Positions 1 through 10,691 of a stretch of DNA of 40,797 nucleotides are shown in pieces. The notes under the pieces were generated by a model that saw nothing but the letters and a program-made list of their open reading frames with translations, did not search any database and was not told where the DNA came from. The DNA is taken from the NCBI GenBank assembly GCA_030648395.1, contig JAUSHW010000185.1, positions 1 through 40,797 on the forward strand. The letters are read 5' to 3'. Each line of letters begins with the position of its first letter. The first letter of the stretch is position 1. A program made the position numbers and the translations under genes. This stretch comes from Nitrospirales bacterium. GTDB lineage: Bacteria > Nitrospirota > Nitrospiria > Nitrospirales > NS-4.

Positions 1-10
1 ATGCTACATT

Positions 11-30
11 CTTGTCGCATTCACGACAAG
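11..30. promoter_or_regulatory. NifA-type upstream activator sequence (TGT-N10-ACA)
   Basis: CTTGTCG-cattca-CGACAAG palindrome containing TGT(13-15)-N10-ACA(26-28), overlapping the stop codon of the NifA-like gene; near-match TGT-N10-ACG at 33-48. Confidence 0.55.
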
Positions 31-1607
31 CCTGTCGTGTCCGGCACGAGCCGGTATTTGCGGATTTTGTAGGCGATTTGCCGGGGGCTGATCCCCAGAG
101 CGCGGGCGGCCTTGGCTTGGACCCAACCTGCGCGTTCAAGCGCTTTCTTGAGTCGGTCCCGCTCGATCGACTCCAGCCCGCCGGTCAGGGTATGGGCTTC
201 ATGGTCAGGGCCTGTCCGACTCACGTGCCGCATGTCTGAAAAATATCCACGTAACGTCATCGGAATGGTCCGGAGCGTCACGCTGTCCGCCTCAGCCATC
301 ACCACCAGCCGTTCGATGCAATTCTCCAGCTCTCTGACGTTTCCTGGCCAGTGATAGCCGGCCATTAATCCAAACAGCTCCGTTGAGAGGCGCACCGCAC
401 GGCGGTTCTGCTTGTTGTACTTTCGCAGAAAATGCCCGATCAGCAAGGGGATATCGCCGGCACGTTCCCGAAGCGGGGGGAGTGTGACCGGAACGACATT
501 GAGGCGATAATATAAATCCTCCCGGAAGGCCCCGCTTTTGACCATCGCCTCCAAATCCTGGTGCGTGGCGGAGATCAGCCGGACGTCCACCCCGTACGTC
601 TGATTCCCTCCTACCCGTTCAAAACGTTGCTCCTGAAGGACCCGCAGCAGCTTCACTTGAGTTGCGAGTGGGATGTCTCCGATCTCATCAAGAAAAAGCG
701 TCCCCTGGTGTGCGAGCTCGAAACGGCCCTTGCGCATCTCCGTCGCACCGGTAAAGGCTCCGCGCTCGTGGCCGAACAGTTCGCTCTCGAACAGCATTTC
801 CGGAACTGCGGCGCAATGTAACCGGATGAAGGGTCTTTCGGCCCTTGTACTACTCTGATGGATCGCTTTGGCAACAAGTTCCTTTCCGGTTCCGCTTTCC
901 CCCCGGAGCATCACTGTGGCCTGGCTCTGCGCAACTCTGGCGATCGCGCCAAAAACCTCTTGAATAGCGTGGCCCTCCCCGACAATGCCTCCCACTGATC
1001 GATGCGTCTCGCACAATTCATTCCGTGGTTCCTGGTCAGATGCGAGTCGTTCCTGGCGTTCCCGGGCGGTTAAGCGGTGGAGTTTGACTGCCTGGCCGAT
1101 CAGCAAAGCCACGATGCTTAAAACCCGAAGGTCCTCGTCAAAAGACCCGGGATCGCCAGAAAAAAGACAGTCCACGCCAAGTACCCCGAGAGTCTCGTCA
1201 TGGACCTTGATGGGGACAGCGAGAAAGGACAGTTGTTGGCCGACCACAGCCGTCCGGGCGCCGGTCCTGTTCAGAAACCTCCGGTCAGCGCGGAGATCAG
1301 GAACCACGATGGGCTTGCCGGTTTCGAATACCTTGCCCGTAATGCCTTCGCCAATGCGATAGCGCCCCCGCGCCTGTTCCTTCTGGCTCAGTCCATGAGA
1401 AACCTGGATCGCCAATTCCCCGCTGGCCGGATCGCGCAGCGTGATCGTTCCTCGCTTCATGGCGAGCCTCGAACTCAGCGTTGCCAGAACCTGTATGGCG
1501 CTTTCCTGGAGGTCTCGCGATGAGGCTAAGGCCGTGTTGATTTCGTAGAGCGCCGACAGTTCCTCACCAGTCCTCGCGGATGACCGGTGCGTGATATCCT
1601 CAACCAT
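21..1607 (-). CDS. NifA-family sigma54-dependent activator (GAF - AAA+ - Fis-type HTH)
   Basis: N-terminal GAF ([17 protein letters not shown]), Walker [22 protein letters not shown], Walker [19 protein letters not shown]-terminal HTH ([18 protein letters not shown]). Start moved to ATG 1607 because AAGGAG lies at 1613-1618. Confidence 0.9.
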   Translation of the reverse strand: MVEDITHRSSARTGEELSALYEINTALASSRDLQESAIQVLATLSSRLAMKRGTITLRDPASGELAIQVSHGLSQKEQARGRYRIGEGITGKVFETGKPIVVPDLRADRRFLNRTGARTAVVGQQLSFLAVPIKVHDETLGVLGVDCLFSGDPGSFDEDLRVLSIVALLIGQAVKLHRLTARERQERLASDQEPRNELCETHRSVGGIVGEGHAIQEVFGAIARVAQSQATVMLRGESGTGKELVAKAIHQSSTRAERPFIRLHCAAVPEMLFESELFGHERGAFTGATEMRKGRFELAHQGTLFLDEIGDIPLATQVKLLRVLQEQRFERVGGNQTYGVDVRLISATHQDLEAMVKSGAFREDLYYRLNVVPVTLPPLRERAGDIPLLIGHFLRKYNKQNRRAVRLSTELFGLMAGYHWPGNVRELENCIERLVVMAEADSVTLRTIPMTLRGYFSDMRHVSRTGPDHEAHTLTGGLESIERDRLKKALERAGWVQAKAARALGISPRQIAYKIRKYRLVPDTTGLS

Positions 1608-1707
1608 TAGAACTCCTTGTACGGCGCTATGCGGGCGAACCTGATTATACGCCTGCGACTGCACCCGAGGATGCGGCACTGCATCCTCGGGTCAGAGACA
1701 CTTTGCC

Positions 1708-3493
<1,786 letters not shown>

Positions 3494-3515
3494 GTGTACC
3501 TCCTGCGTTCGGTCG

Positions 3516-3556
3516 AATAAAAAATGGCGCCAGTCCATAACCAGACTGGCGCCATT
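3516..3556 (-). terminator. Intrinsic terminator (attenuator) in the leader of amtB copy 2
   Basis: Minus strand AATGGCGCCAGTC-tggttatg-GACTGGCGCCATT followed by TTTTATT, ending just upstream of the amtB RBS. Confidence 0.85.
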
Positions 3557-3626
3557 GCCAGGAATCCTTGAAACCCGGGTCGACGATGACCCGTTTGGAA
3601 CTCATGGGCCCGCGCCATTGCGAGCC
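3546..3626 (-). promoter_or_regulatory. ANTAR-binding multi-hairpin RNA element
   Basis: GGCTCGC-AATGGC-GCGGGCC (3607-3626) and CTGGC-AATGGC-GCCAG (3546-3561): hexaloops with A1/G4 closed by C-G. The second is mutually exclusive with the terminator. A third A1/G4 hexaloop stem, CGGGTC-ATCGTC-GACCCG, lies at 3576-3593. Confidence 0.8.
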
Positions 3627-3635
3627 AGAAGAGCC

Positions 3636-3663
3636 GTAGGGGCGGTTCGCGAACCGCCCCTAC
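3636..3663. repeat. GTAG-type REP-like perfect palindrome
   Basis: GTAGGGGCGGTTCG|CGAACCGCCCCTAC, a 28 bp perfect inverted repeat 9 bp after the glnA stop. Confidence 0.7.
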
Positions 3664-3672
3664 ATGATGACT

Positions 3673-5100
3673 TTATACATCGTAGTAAAGAAAGAACTCG
3701 TAGGGATGCGGCCGAAGCCGCACGGTATCAATTTCCTTGTCCCGCTTGTAGCTCAGCCAGGTGTCGATCACGTCCTGCGTGAAAACGTTGCCTTTCAAAA
3801 GGAAGGCGTGATCCTTTTCAAGATTGCGGAGCGACTCGTCCAGGCTGCCCGGCATTTTCTTGATCTTGGCCGCTTCATGCGGCTCCAGATCGTACAGGTC
3901 CTTTTCCATGGGCGCCCCCGGATCGATCTTGTTTTCGATCCCGTCCAGGCCGGCCATCAGCATGGCGGCAAAGGCGTAGTAGGGATTGGTCGCCGGGTCT
4001 GGGAAGCGGACCTCGATGCGCTTGGCCTTCGGGTTCGGTGAGTACATGGGAATGCGGATGCCTGCGCTGCGGTTCCGGCTCGAATAGGCCAGGTTCACAG
4101 GCGCCTCAAAGCCCGGCGTGAGTCGCTTGTAGGAGTTCGTCGTCGGGTTCGTGATGGCCGCCAGCGCCGGCGCGTGTTTCAGGATGCCCCCGATGTACCA
4201 GAGGCACATTTGGGAAATCCCGGCGTATTCCTTGCCGGCAAACAACGGCTTCCCGTCTTTCCAGATGCTCTGGTGGGTATGCATGCCGGAGCCGTTGTCG
4301 CCAAAGAGCGGCTTGGGCATGAACGTCACGGTTTTCCCATGGCGGTGAGCGACGTTTTTCACGATGTATTTGTACATCATCATCTTATCGGCCATGCTGA
4401 CGAGCGAGTCATACCGCAGGTCAATTTCCGCCTGGCCGGCTGTTGCGACCTCGTGGTGCTGCTTTTCGACCATGATGCCGATCTTCTGCATTTCCAGGCA
4501 CATCTCGGTCCGGATATCCATCTGCGTGTCCACGGGGGCGACAGGGTAATAGCCCTCCTTGTGCCGGGGCTTGTGCCCCAGATTGGGCCCCGTCTGATCG
4601 ACGTTTATTTCACGGCCGGAGTTCCATATCCCTTCCTCCGAGTCGATATAGTAGTACCCGCTATTGCTCGTCTGATCGAAGCGCACTGAGTCGAAAATGA
4701 AGAATTCGGCCTCCGGTCCCCAATAGGAGATGTCGCCGTGCTTGGTGGACTTGAGGTACTTCTCGGCCTTCTGGGCCACGTAGCGCGGGTCCCGGCTGTA
4801 CGTCTCCCGGGTGACAGGGTCCACCACATTGCAGATCATGCTGAGCGTGGGGACGGCGGTAAACGGATCCATGACCGCCGTCGTGGTGTCCGGGACGGCC
4901 ATCATGTCGCTGTTATTGATCGCCTGCCAGCCACGAATCGAAGAGCCGTCAAGGCCGGACCCTTCGATAAAGACCGCATCCGTCAACTCTTCGATCGGAA
5001 ACGTGAAGTGCTGCCACGTGCCGGGCAGATCAACGAACTTGAAGTCGACCATAAGAGCTTTGTTTTTCTTTGCAAATTCAAGTACTTCCTTCGCAGTCAT
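3673..5100 (-). CDS. glnA: Glutamine synthetase type I
   Basis: [65 protein letters not shown]; adenylylation-site-like DLYDL. Confidence 0.97.
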   Translation of the reverse strand: MTAKEVLEFAKKNKALMVDFKFVDLPGTWQHFTFPIEELTDAVFIEGSGLDGSSIRGWQAINNSDMMAVPDTTTAVMDPFTAVPTLSMICNVVDPVTRETYSRDPRYVAQKAEKYLKSTKHGDISYWGPEAEFFIFDSVRFDQTSNSGYYYIDSEEGIWNSGREINVDQTGPNLGHKPRHKEGYYPVAPVDTQMDIRTEMCLEMQKIGIMVEKQHHEVATAGQAEIDLRYDSLVSMADKMMMYKYIVKNVAHRHGKTVTFMPKPLFGDNGSGMHTHQSIWKDGKPLFAGKEYAGISQMCLWYIGGILKHAPALAAITNPTTNSYKRLTPGFEAPVNLAYSSRNRSAGIRIPMYSPNPKAKRIEVRFPDPATNPYYAFAAMLMAGLDGIENKIDPGAPMEKDLYDLEPHEAAKIKKMPGSLDESLRNLEKDHAFLLKGNVFTQDVIDTWLSYKRDKEIDTVRLRPHPYEFFLYYDV

Positions 5101-5129
5101 AACCCCCTCCTTTAAGATTTATGCCTGTA

Positions 5130-7826
5130 TCATTTCCGCTGCGCACTGGCCCGGTGCACGACCGGGCTTGACGTCTTCGATCCTCCCACAAACCCTTCAA
5201 TCCGGGCCGTTATTTCTTCGCTGATCAACTTGCACCCGCCGAGATTGGCGATCTTGCCGCCGGCCTTGTCCGTGACATAGAAGACATCCACGACCTGGTC
5301 CAGCCTGGTCGAAATCCGTGCCGCATGGACAGACAGGCCGAGATCAAAAATCGCGCGCGTGATGACGTAGAGCAAGCCCTGCCGGTCGTCGGCGAACACG
5401 TCGATGATGGTGTACCGATCGGAGGTCTCATTGTCGACTTGGACCACCGTCGCTTCGCGCAGGGGAACCCCCTGGCGGGCCTGGCCGAAACGGGTGGCAT
5501 CCTGCAGAAGATCCTCCACCGAGCAGCGCTGTTCCAGGACACCGACGATGGCGCCGCTGATCTCCTCGAACCGGCGATCGCGAATGTCCTCATGGCAATC
5601 CGGGTCCATCACGCGGAACACGTCCACCACAACCCCGTCGGCAAGCGTCAATATCTGGGCATCCAGGGTCTGTACGCCCTTGGCCGCCAGGACGCCGGCG
5701 ATTTTCGAAAAAATTCCAGGCGTTAGGCTGTCCTTGGTGTACACCGTGTAGTCGCTCGTGCCAAGCGCCTCATCGTATTGCACGTCCACCAGCGCAGGCG
5801 CATCGGCCAGTTTGGCAAGCCACTCCAGGTGCGTGACAAGCCGTTCGACCGGCATGGCTGTGAGATAATGGTCAGGCCACGACTCCAATTGCCTGGCGAG
5901 CCATGCCGAGGGGTAGCGTGGCTCCAAACGGGCCAGCGCGGCCTGGCGAATCTGCTCGGCGCGGGCGCCTCCCTCGTACGCCGTTTCGGCTTCCTCTCCT
6001 CCCGCAAGCTCCTTATGCGTCTTCATGAAGAGATCGCCCAGCAGCGTGTCTTTCCAGGGCGTCATGACTCCCGGCCCGACCGCCGAGATATCGGCCGCCG
6101 TGAGCACGAGCAGCATCTTCAGCGCCTCGGGAGTGCCGACCTGACGGGCAAACCTCAGCACGACCTTCTCGTCGGAGGAGTCGCGGCGGAATGCGGTGTT
6201 GGCCATCACGAGATGTTGCCGCACCAGGAAGACCAACAGCTGAGTTTCGTGTTCATCCAGGCCAAGGCGTTTGGCCACATCGAGGGCGATCCGCTCCCCG
6301 ATCAGGCTGTGATCCTCTTCCTGGCCCTTGCCCACATCGTGAAGCAGCACGGCCAGGTGCAGGAGGTCCTTGCGTCTGGTCTCGCGATAGACCCGTCCCA
6401 CGAGGCCCTTTCCCGCGCCCAGCTCCTCAGCCTGGCCGACGGCCAGCAGGCTGTGATGGTCCACCGTGTACTTGTGATAGGCGTTGAACTGCATGAGGCC
6501 ACGGACCGTTCCGAACGCCGGCACGATCCGTTCCAGCAGGCAGACTCGGTGCATCGCGGCCAGGGTGTCGGCGACGCGCCCGGGGCCGGACAGAATCGAA
6601 AGGAACCACCGTCTCGCCGTGTCGCTTTGAAACGCCGAGTCAGGCATGGCAGCGATGCGCTCGGGGAGTTCCTGAACGAGGTCATCGGCCACGTTCAGGC
6701 CGTACATTTGGGCCAGGTGAAAGAGCCGCAGGATGTGACCGCCATCCGATAGCGCGTCGGCCCGAAGGTCAGTCGGCACAGTGATGTCGTCCCGCGTCAG
6801 GGCAAAATAGCGCTCGATGCGACGTGCCGGCAACCAGGCGACAAGGCGTTGCCAGGCTGTTCGCTGCATCGCCTGCGAGACGAACCGCGTGGTGAGATCG
6901 CAGACCCGTGTCGAATGACGGTAATACTGCTGCATAAACTGTTCGACCGCCAGGAGGTGCGGGAGATCCTTGAACCCGCGCAGGCCGGCGATGCGGATCT
7001 GCTCTTCAAAAGTCAAAATGTCCTGGGCGCGAAACGCATAAAAGTGGAGGTCGTTTCGGACCCGCCAGAGAAACTCCTGGGCGTCACAGAGCGCCGTGGC
7101 GTCTCTGGCGCTCATCAATCCACGTGTCGAGAGTTCCTCGATCGACGACGTTCCGTACCGCGCCAGGGCCGTCCACTTGAGCAGATGTAAATCCCGCAGC
7201 CCGCCCCGCCCCTTTTTCAGGTTGGGCTCGAGGAGGAAATTGGTCGAACCGAACCGGCTGTACTCCTGCCGCCGCTCCTCGCGCTTGTTGGCAAGAAATC
7301 CCTGCACGCCTTTTCCGGAGACCTCGGCTCGATAGTTCTGCGTGAACTCGATGAACAGCTCCCGATCACCCGCCAGCCAGCGTGCTTCCATCAAGGCCGT
7401 GCGCACGGTGAGATCCGACTTGCCCATCTCCAGACAATCCGCGATGGTCCGCAGGCTGTGACCGATCTGAAACCCGAGATCCCAGAGGGTGTGCAGGATT
7501 GCCGTGGACAGGGCCCCGGCCTGCTTCGCGCAGGGAGGCGCATACAGAAACATAAGGTCGATATCGGAGTACGGCGCCAGCTCGCGACGCCCATAGCCGC
7601 CGAGGGCCACAAGGGCGATGCCGGACTGACCAGACATCCCGGAGGCCCCCAGATTGGCGTGATAGAGATCCAGCAGAATCTCATCCGCCAGGTCGGTCAG
7701 CGAGGTCACGATTTCCACGCCGGTGGCGCCGCGCGCGTGCGCCCCCTCGATCGCCTGCCGGCGGGCATCAAGAGCAGCCCTCGTCCATTGGACGCCGGCC
7801 ATCTGGTTGAGCACCGATTCCATCAT
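5130..7826 (-). CDS. glnD: Bifunctional PII uridylyltransferase / uridylyl-removing enzyme
   Basis: GGYGR..SDIDL nucleotidyltransferase motif, EPNLK..GGLRD, H.YTVD.H, HD motif LHDVGKG, two C-terminal ACT domains (DRQGLL). Confidence 0.95.
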   Translation of the reverse strand: MMESVLNQMAGVQWTRAALDARRQAIEGAHARGATGVEIVTSLTDLADEILLDLYHANLGASGMSGQSGIALVALGGYGRRELAPYSDIDLMFLYAPPCAKQAGALSTAILHTLWDLGFQIGHSLRTIADCLEMGKSDLTVRTALMEARWLAGDRELFIEFTQNYRAEVSGKGVQGFLANKREERRQEYSRFGSTNFLLEPNLKKGRGGLRDLHLLKWTALARYGTSSIEELSTRGLMSARDATALCDAQEFLWRVRNDLHFYAFRAQDILTFEEQIRIAGLRGFKDLPHLLAVEQFMQQYYRHSTRVCDLTTRFVSQAMQRTAWQRLVAWLPARRIERYFALTRDDITVPTDLRADALSDGGHILRLFHLAQMYGLNVADDLVQELPERIAAMPDSAFQSDTARRWFLSILSGPGRVADTLAAMHRVCLLERIVPAFGTVRGLMQFNAYHKYTVDHHSLLAVGQAEELGAGKGLVGRVYRETRRKDLLHLAVLLHDVGKGQEEDHSLIGERIALDVAKRLGLDEHETQLLVFLVRQHLVMANTAFRRDSSDEKVVLRFARQVGTPEALKMLLVLTAADISAVGPGVMTPWKDTLLGDLFMKTHKELAGGEEAETAYEGGARAEQIRQAALARLEPRYPSAWLARQLESWPDHYLTAMPVERLVTHLEWLAKLADAPALVDVQYDEALGTSDYTVYTKDSLTPGIFSKIAGVLAAKGVQTLDAQILTLADGVVVDVFRVMDPDCHEDIRDRRFEEISGAIVGVLEQRCSVEDLLQDATRFGQARQGVPLREATVVQVDNETSDRYTIIDVFADDRQGLLYVITRAIFDLGLSVHAARISTRLDQVVDVFYVTDKAGGKIANLGGCKLISEEITARIEGFVGGSKTSSPVVHRASAQRK

Positions 7827-7828
7827 CG

Positions 7829-8185
<357 letters not shown>

Positions 8186-8238
8186 TTAAACTCCCGATCG
8201 ACGAAGACGCCCGCAGCTATTCGCTGCTGCGTGGGCCA

Positions 8239-9597
8239 TCACATCTGCGAATAGGCCCGCTCTTCATGCTGGCTGATGTCCAGGCCCCGTTCCTCTTCGT
8301 CCGCTGCAACACGAAGCCCGACGGTCCAATCAACCAGCTTCAGAATCATCAACGTCCCGAGGAATGCAAAGACCACGGAAACCCCTGCCGTCAGCAGTTG
8401 CACGCCGAACTGCCCAGGATTCCCGAAAAATAGCCCGTCCGCCCCGGCAGCGTTGATCGCCTTGGAAGCCAGCAGCCCCGCCGCAAGAATCCCGAGGACT
8501 CCCCCGACTCCGTGTATGCCAACCACGTCCAGCGAGTCATCATAGCCCAATCGACTTTTCCACACAACCGCGCCGTAGCAGGCGGCCCCTGCCGCCAGAC
8601 CAATAAACAGTGCGGAAAAAAGGCCGACAAACCCCGCCGCGGGAGTGACCGTCGCCAGACCCGCAACGGCCCCACTGGCGATACCCAGCGAGGTCGGCTT
8701 GCCGCGATGCAGCCACTCGGCCACCATCCAGCTCACTCCCCCTGCGGCGGCCGCCGTATGCGTGGCCAGGAAAGCCGAGGCTGCCAGCGCATTCGCGCCG
8801 AGCGCGCTCCCGGCATTAAATCCGAACCAGCCGAACCAGAGCAGGCCCGCGCCCAGCAGGGTCATCGGAAGATTATGCGGCACCATCTGTGCTGTGCCAT
8901 ACCCCTGGCGTCTTCCCAGCACAAGCGCGCATGCCAGCGCCGCCCAGCCTGAGCTGATGTGGACGACCGCGCCGCCGGCGAAATCCAGGGCGCCCATCTT
9001 GGCCAGCCAGCCCTGGCCCCAGATCCAGTGGGCCATCGGGCAGTAGATCAGGGTCACCCAAAGGGCCGAAAACAGCAGCAGGGCACTGAACTTCATCCGC
9101 TCGGCAAACGCTCCGGTGATCAGCGCCGGGGTAATCGCCGCGAACATGAGCTGAAAGAGCATGAACACCTGATGTGGAATGGTCGGGCCGTAGACCGCAT
9201 GTGGCTCCCCGCCGACCCCGCTGAGCCCAAACCATTCGAGATTTCCGATGAATCCTCCCACGTCAGGGCCGAATGCCAGACTGTAGCCCCACAGCACCCA
9301 AATCAGGCTCACCACGCACAGAATGACCAGAGAGTGCGTGATGGTACCCAGCACGTTCTTACTCCGAACCAGACCGCCATAGAACAGCGCCAGTCCCGGC
9401 ATGATCATGGCAAGAACCAGCGCCGAGGAAGTGAGCATCCATGCCGTATCCCCGGTGTCAACCTTAAGCGCGGGTGCAGGTGAAGCCGGCGCAGGCGTCG
9501 GAGGTACGCCCTCTTGCGCGACGACCAGGCCGGCCGTGAGCATGACCGCAGCAACGATCATCGCTCCCATGACATATCGTCTCACATGCTTACCCAT
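8239..9597 (-). CDS. amtB: Ammonium transporter (Amt family), copy 1
   Basis: DTGDTAW, PGLALFYGG, DFAGGAVVH, WFGWFGFNAGS, DDSLDVVGIHG; N-terminal signal-like segment. Confidence 0.95.
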   Translation of the reverse strand: MGKHVRRYVMGAMIVAAVMLTAGLVVAQEGVPPTPAPASPAPALKVDTGDTAWMLTSSALVLAMIMPGLALFYGGLVRSKNVLGTITHSLVILCVVSLIWVLWGYSLAFGPDVGGFIGNLEWFGLSGVGGEPHAVYGPTIPHQVFMLFQLMFAAITPALITGAFAERMKFSALLLFSALWVTLIYCPMAHWIWGQGWLAKMGALDFAGGAVVHISSGWAALACALVLGRRQGYGTAQMVPHNLPMTLLGAGLLWFGWFGFNAGSALGANALAASAFLATHTAAAAGGVSWMVAEWLHRGKPTSLGIASGAVAGLATVTPAAGFVGLFSALFIGLAAGAACYGAVVWKSRLGYDDSLDVVGIHGVGGVLGILAAGLLASKAINAAGADGLFFGNPGQFGVQLLTAGVSVVFAFLGTLMILKLVDWTVGLRVAADEEERGLDISQHEERAYSQM

Positions 9598-9707
9598 AAC
9601 GCTTCACACCCCCTTGTGTGGTTGATTCTTACTGCACAGCCAGCCGCACGACATCGGGCACCGGATGCGCGTATCATTCTTTCCATTCGTATCAAATGAC
9701 GCTTTCC

Positions 9708-10592
9708 TTAGAAGTTGATGTCCAACTGGACGGTCCACTTCCACTGACCGTTGATGACGTGGTCGTTGAACCAGACCGGCCCCGTCAGAAGACTGATGTC
9801 CTTATTGAAAAAGTGGTACATGCCGAAGCCGCCGCCGCCGATGGCGTTCTTTCCGCTGGCGTAGTCGGCCGCAAAGACCCACTTATTGTATTCGTTGCCT
9901 TCCTTGTCCTTGACCTTCCAGAATCCATAGTCGTACCCGACCATGCCGCCGGCGTTATCCAGTTTGCCGCTGCTGCTCGCGGCGCAGGTAAGGACGGCAA
10001 GGGCGGCATTGGCGGAGGCCACCGGCTTGCATCCTCCCTGCCGCATCAGAGCGGAATCGGGGTTTCCGTAATACCCTCCCCCGTGAATCCGTCCGAATGG
10101 ACCGAGCGTCTTCCCAACGATGAGATCCACGATATTCATGTTCGTGACCTCACCTTTTGTGCCCGCATTGAAAATTCCGACATTGATGGCCGGAGACCAA
10201 GCGCCCCACGCTCCTTCCGGCGTCCCAAGCTTGGCGTTGAACATCAGGGACTCCCCGATGGACTGCATCGTCGGATGCATCCGGGTCCCGGGAAACATTC
10301 CGTCGATACCGATCTCCAATTGCAGTTTTTCGAACGGAAGGACGCCGACGGTCAGGCCGACGTCAGTGGGAAAGGAGTCGAACTGGTTTCGGACACCGGT
10401 GACTCCTGTAATTTCCTCGGTCGTCTGGGAGAGCCGAAAATAGTTGTCCACCCCGATGTGCCAGACGTTAAAGGGCTGAACATCAGAGGTTGCGGGAGTC
10501 CAGTAGGTCGTGGACGGAGTGGCTGAAGCCGTCCCCGATACCGCGAGGATCAAAAACAATAATGCAATTATGATGCGTCCTGATAGCGTCAT
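9708..10592 (-). CDS. Uncharacterised exported protein, probable outer-membrane beta-barrel
   Basis: AAAGGAGG RBS before ATG 10592; signal peptide ending ASA; about a dozen amphipathic Gly/aromatic beta-strand segments; C-terminus WKWTVQLDINF resembles a BAM beta-signal. Confidence 0.7.
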   Translation of the reverse strand: MTLSGRIIIALLFLILAVSGTASATPSTTYWTPATSDVQPFNVWHIGVDNYFRLSQTTEEITGVTGVRNQFDSFPTDVGLTVGVLPFEKLQLEIGIDGMFPGTRMHPTMQSIGESLMFNAKLGTPEGAWGAWSPAINVGIFNAGTKGEVTNMNIVDLIVGKTLGPFGRIHGGGYYGNPDSALMRQGGCKPVASANAALAVLTCAASSSGKLDNAGGMVGYDYGFWKVKDKEGNEYNKWVFAADYASGKNAIGGGGFGMYHFFNKDISLLTGPVWFNDHVINGQWKWTVQLDINF

Positions 10593-10691
10593 GGTCGTGT
10601 CGCCTCCTTTTACGTGTTTCGACATCACATCCTCACTCTCATCTCTGTCTACCCATCGTCTCCGCCCGCACTCCGCTGTGCGGCAATGCCG

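Noticed and set aside
21-1607. Calling the activator nifA and inferring nitrogen fixation
   Set aside because: No nif structural genes in the window; the domain architecture alone does not establish the regulon
5778-6752. 324 aa plus-strand ORF, and similar long antisense ORFs at 2795-3520, 9618-10526, 11565-12740, 15112-16095, 25757-26980 and 39452-40240
   Set aside because: They lie antisense to well-supported genes, show no recognisable motifs, and are typical shadow ORFs of GC-rich coding DNA
8209-8236. Hairpin between amtB copy 1 and the PII gene as an ANTAR site or terminator
   Set aside because: 8 nt loop and no convincing U-tract
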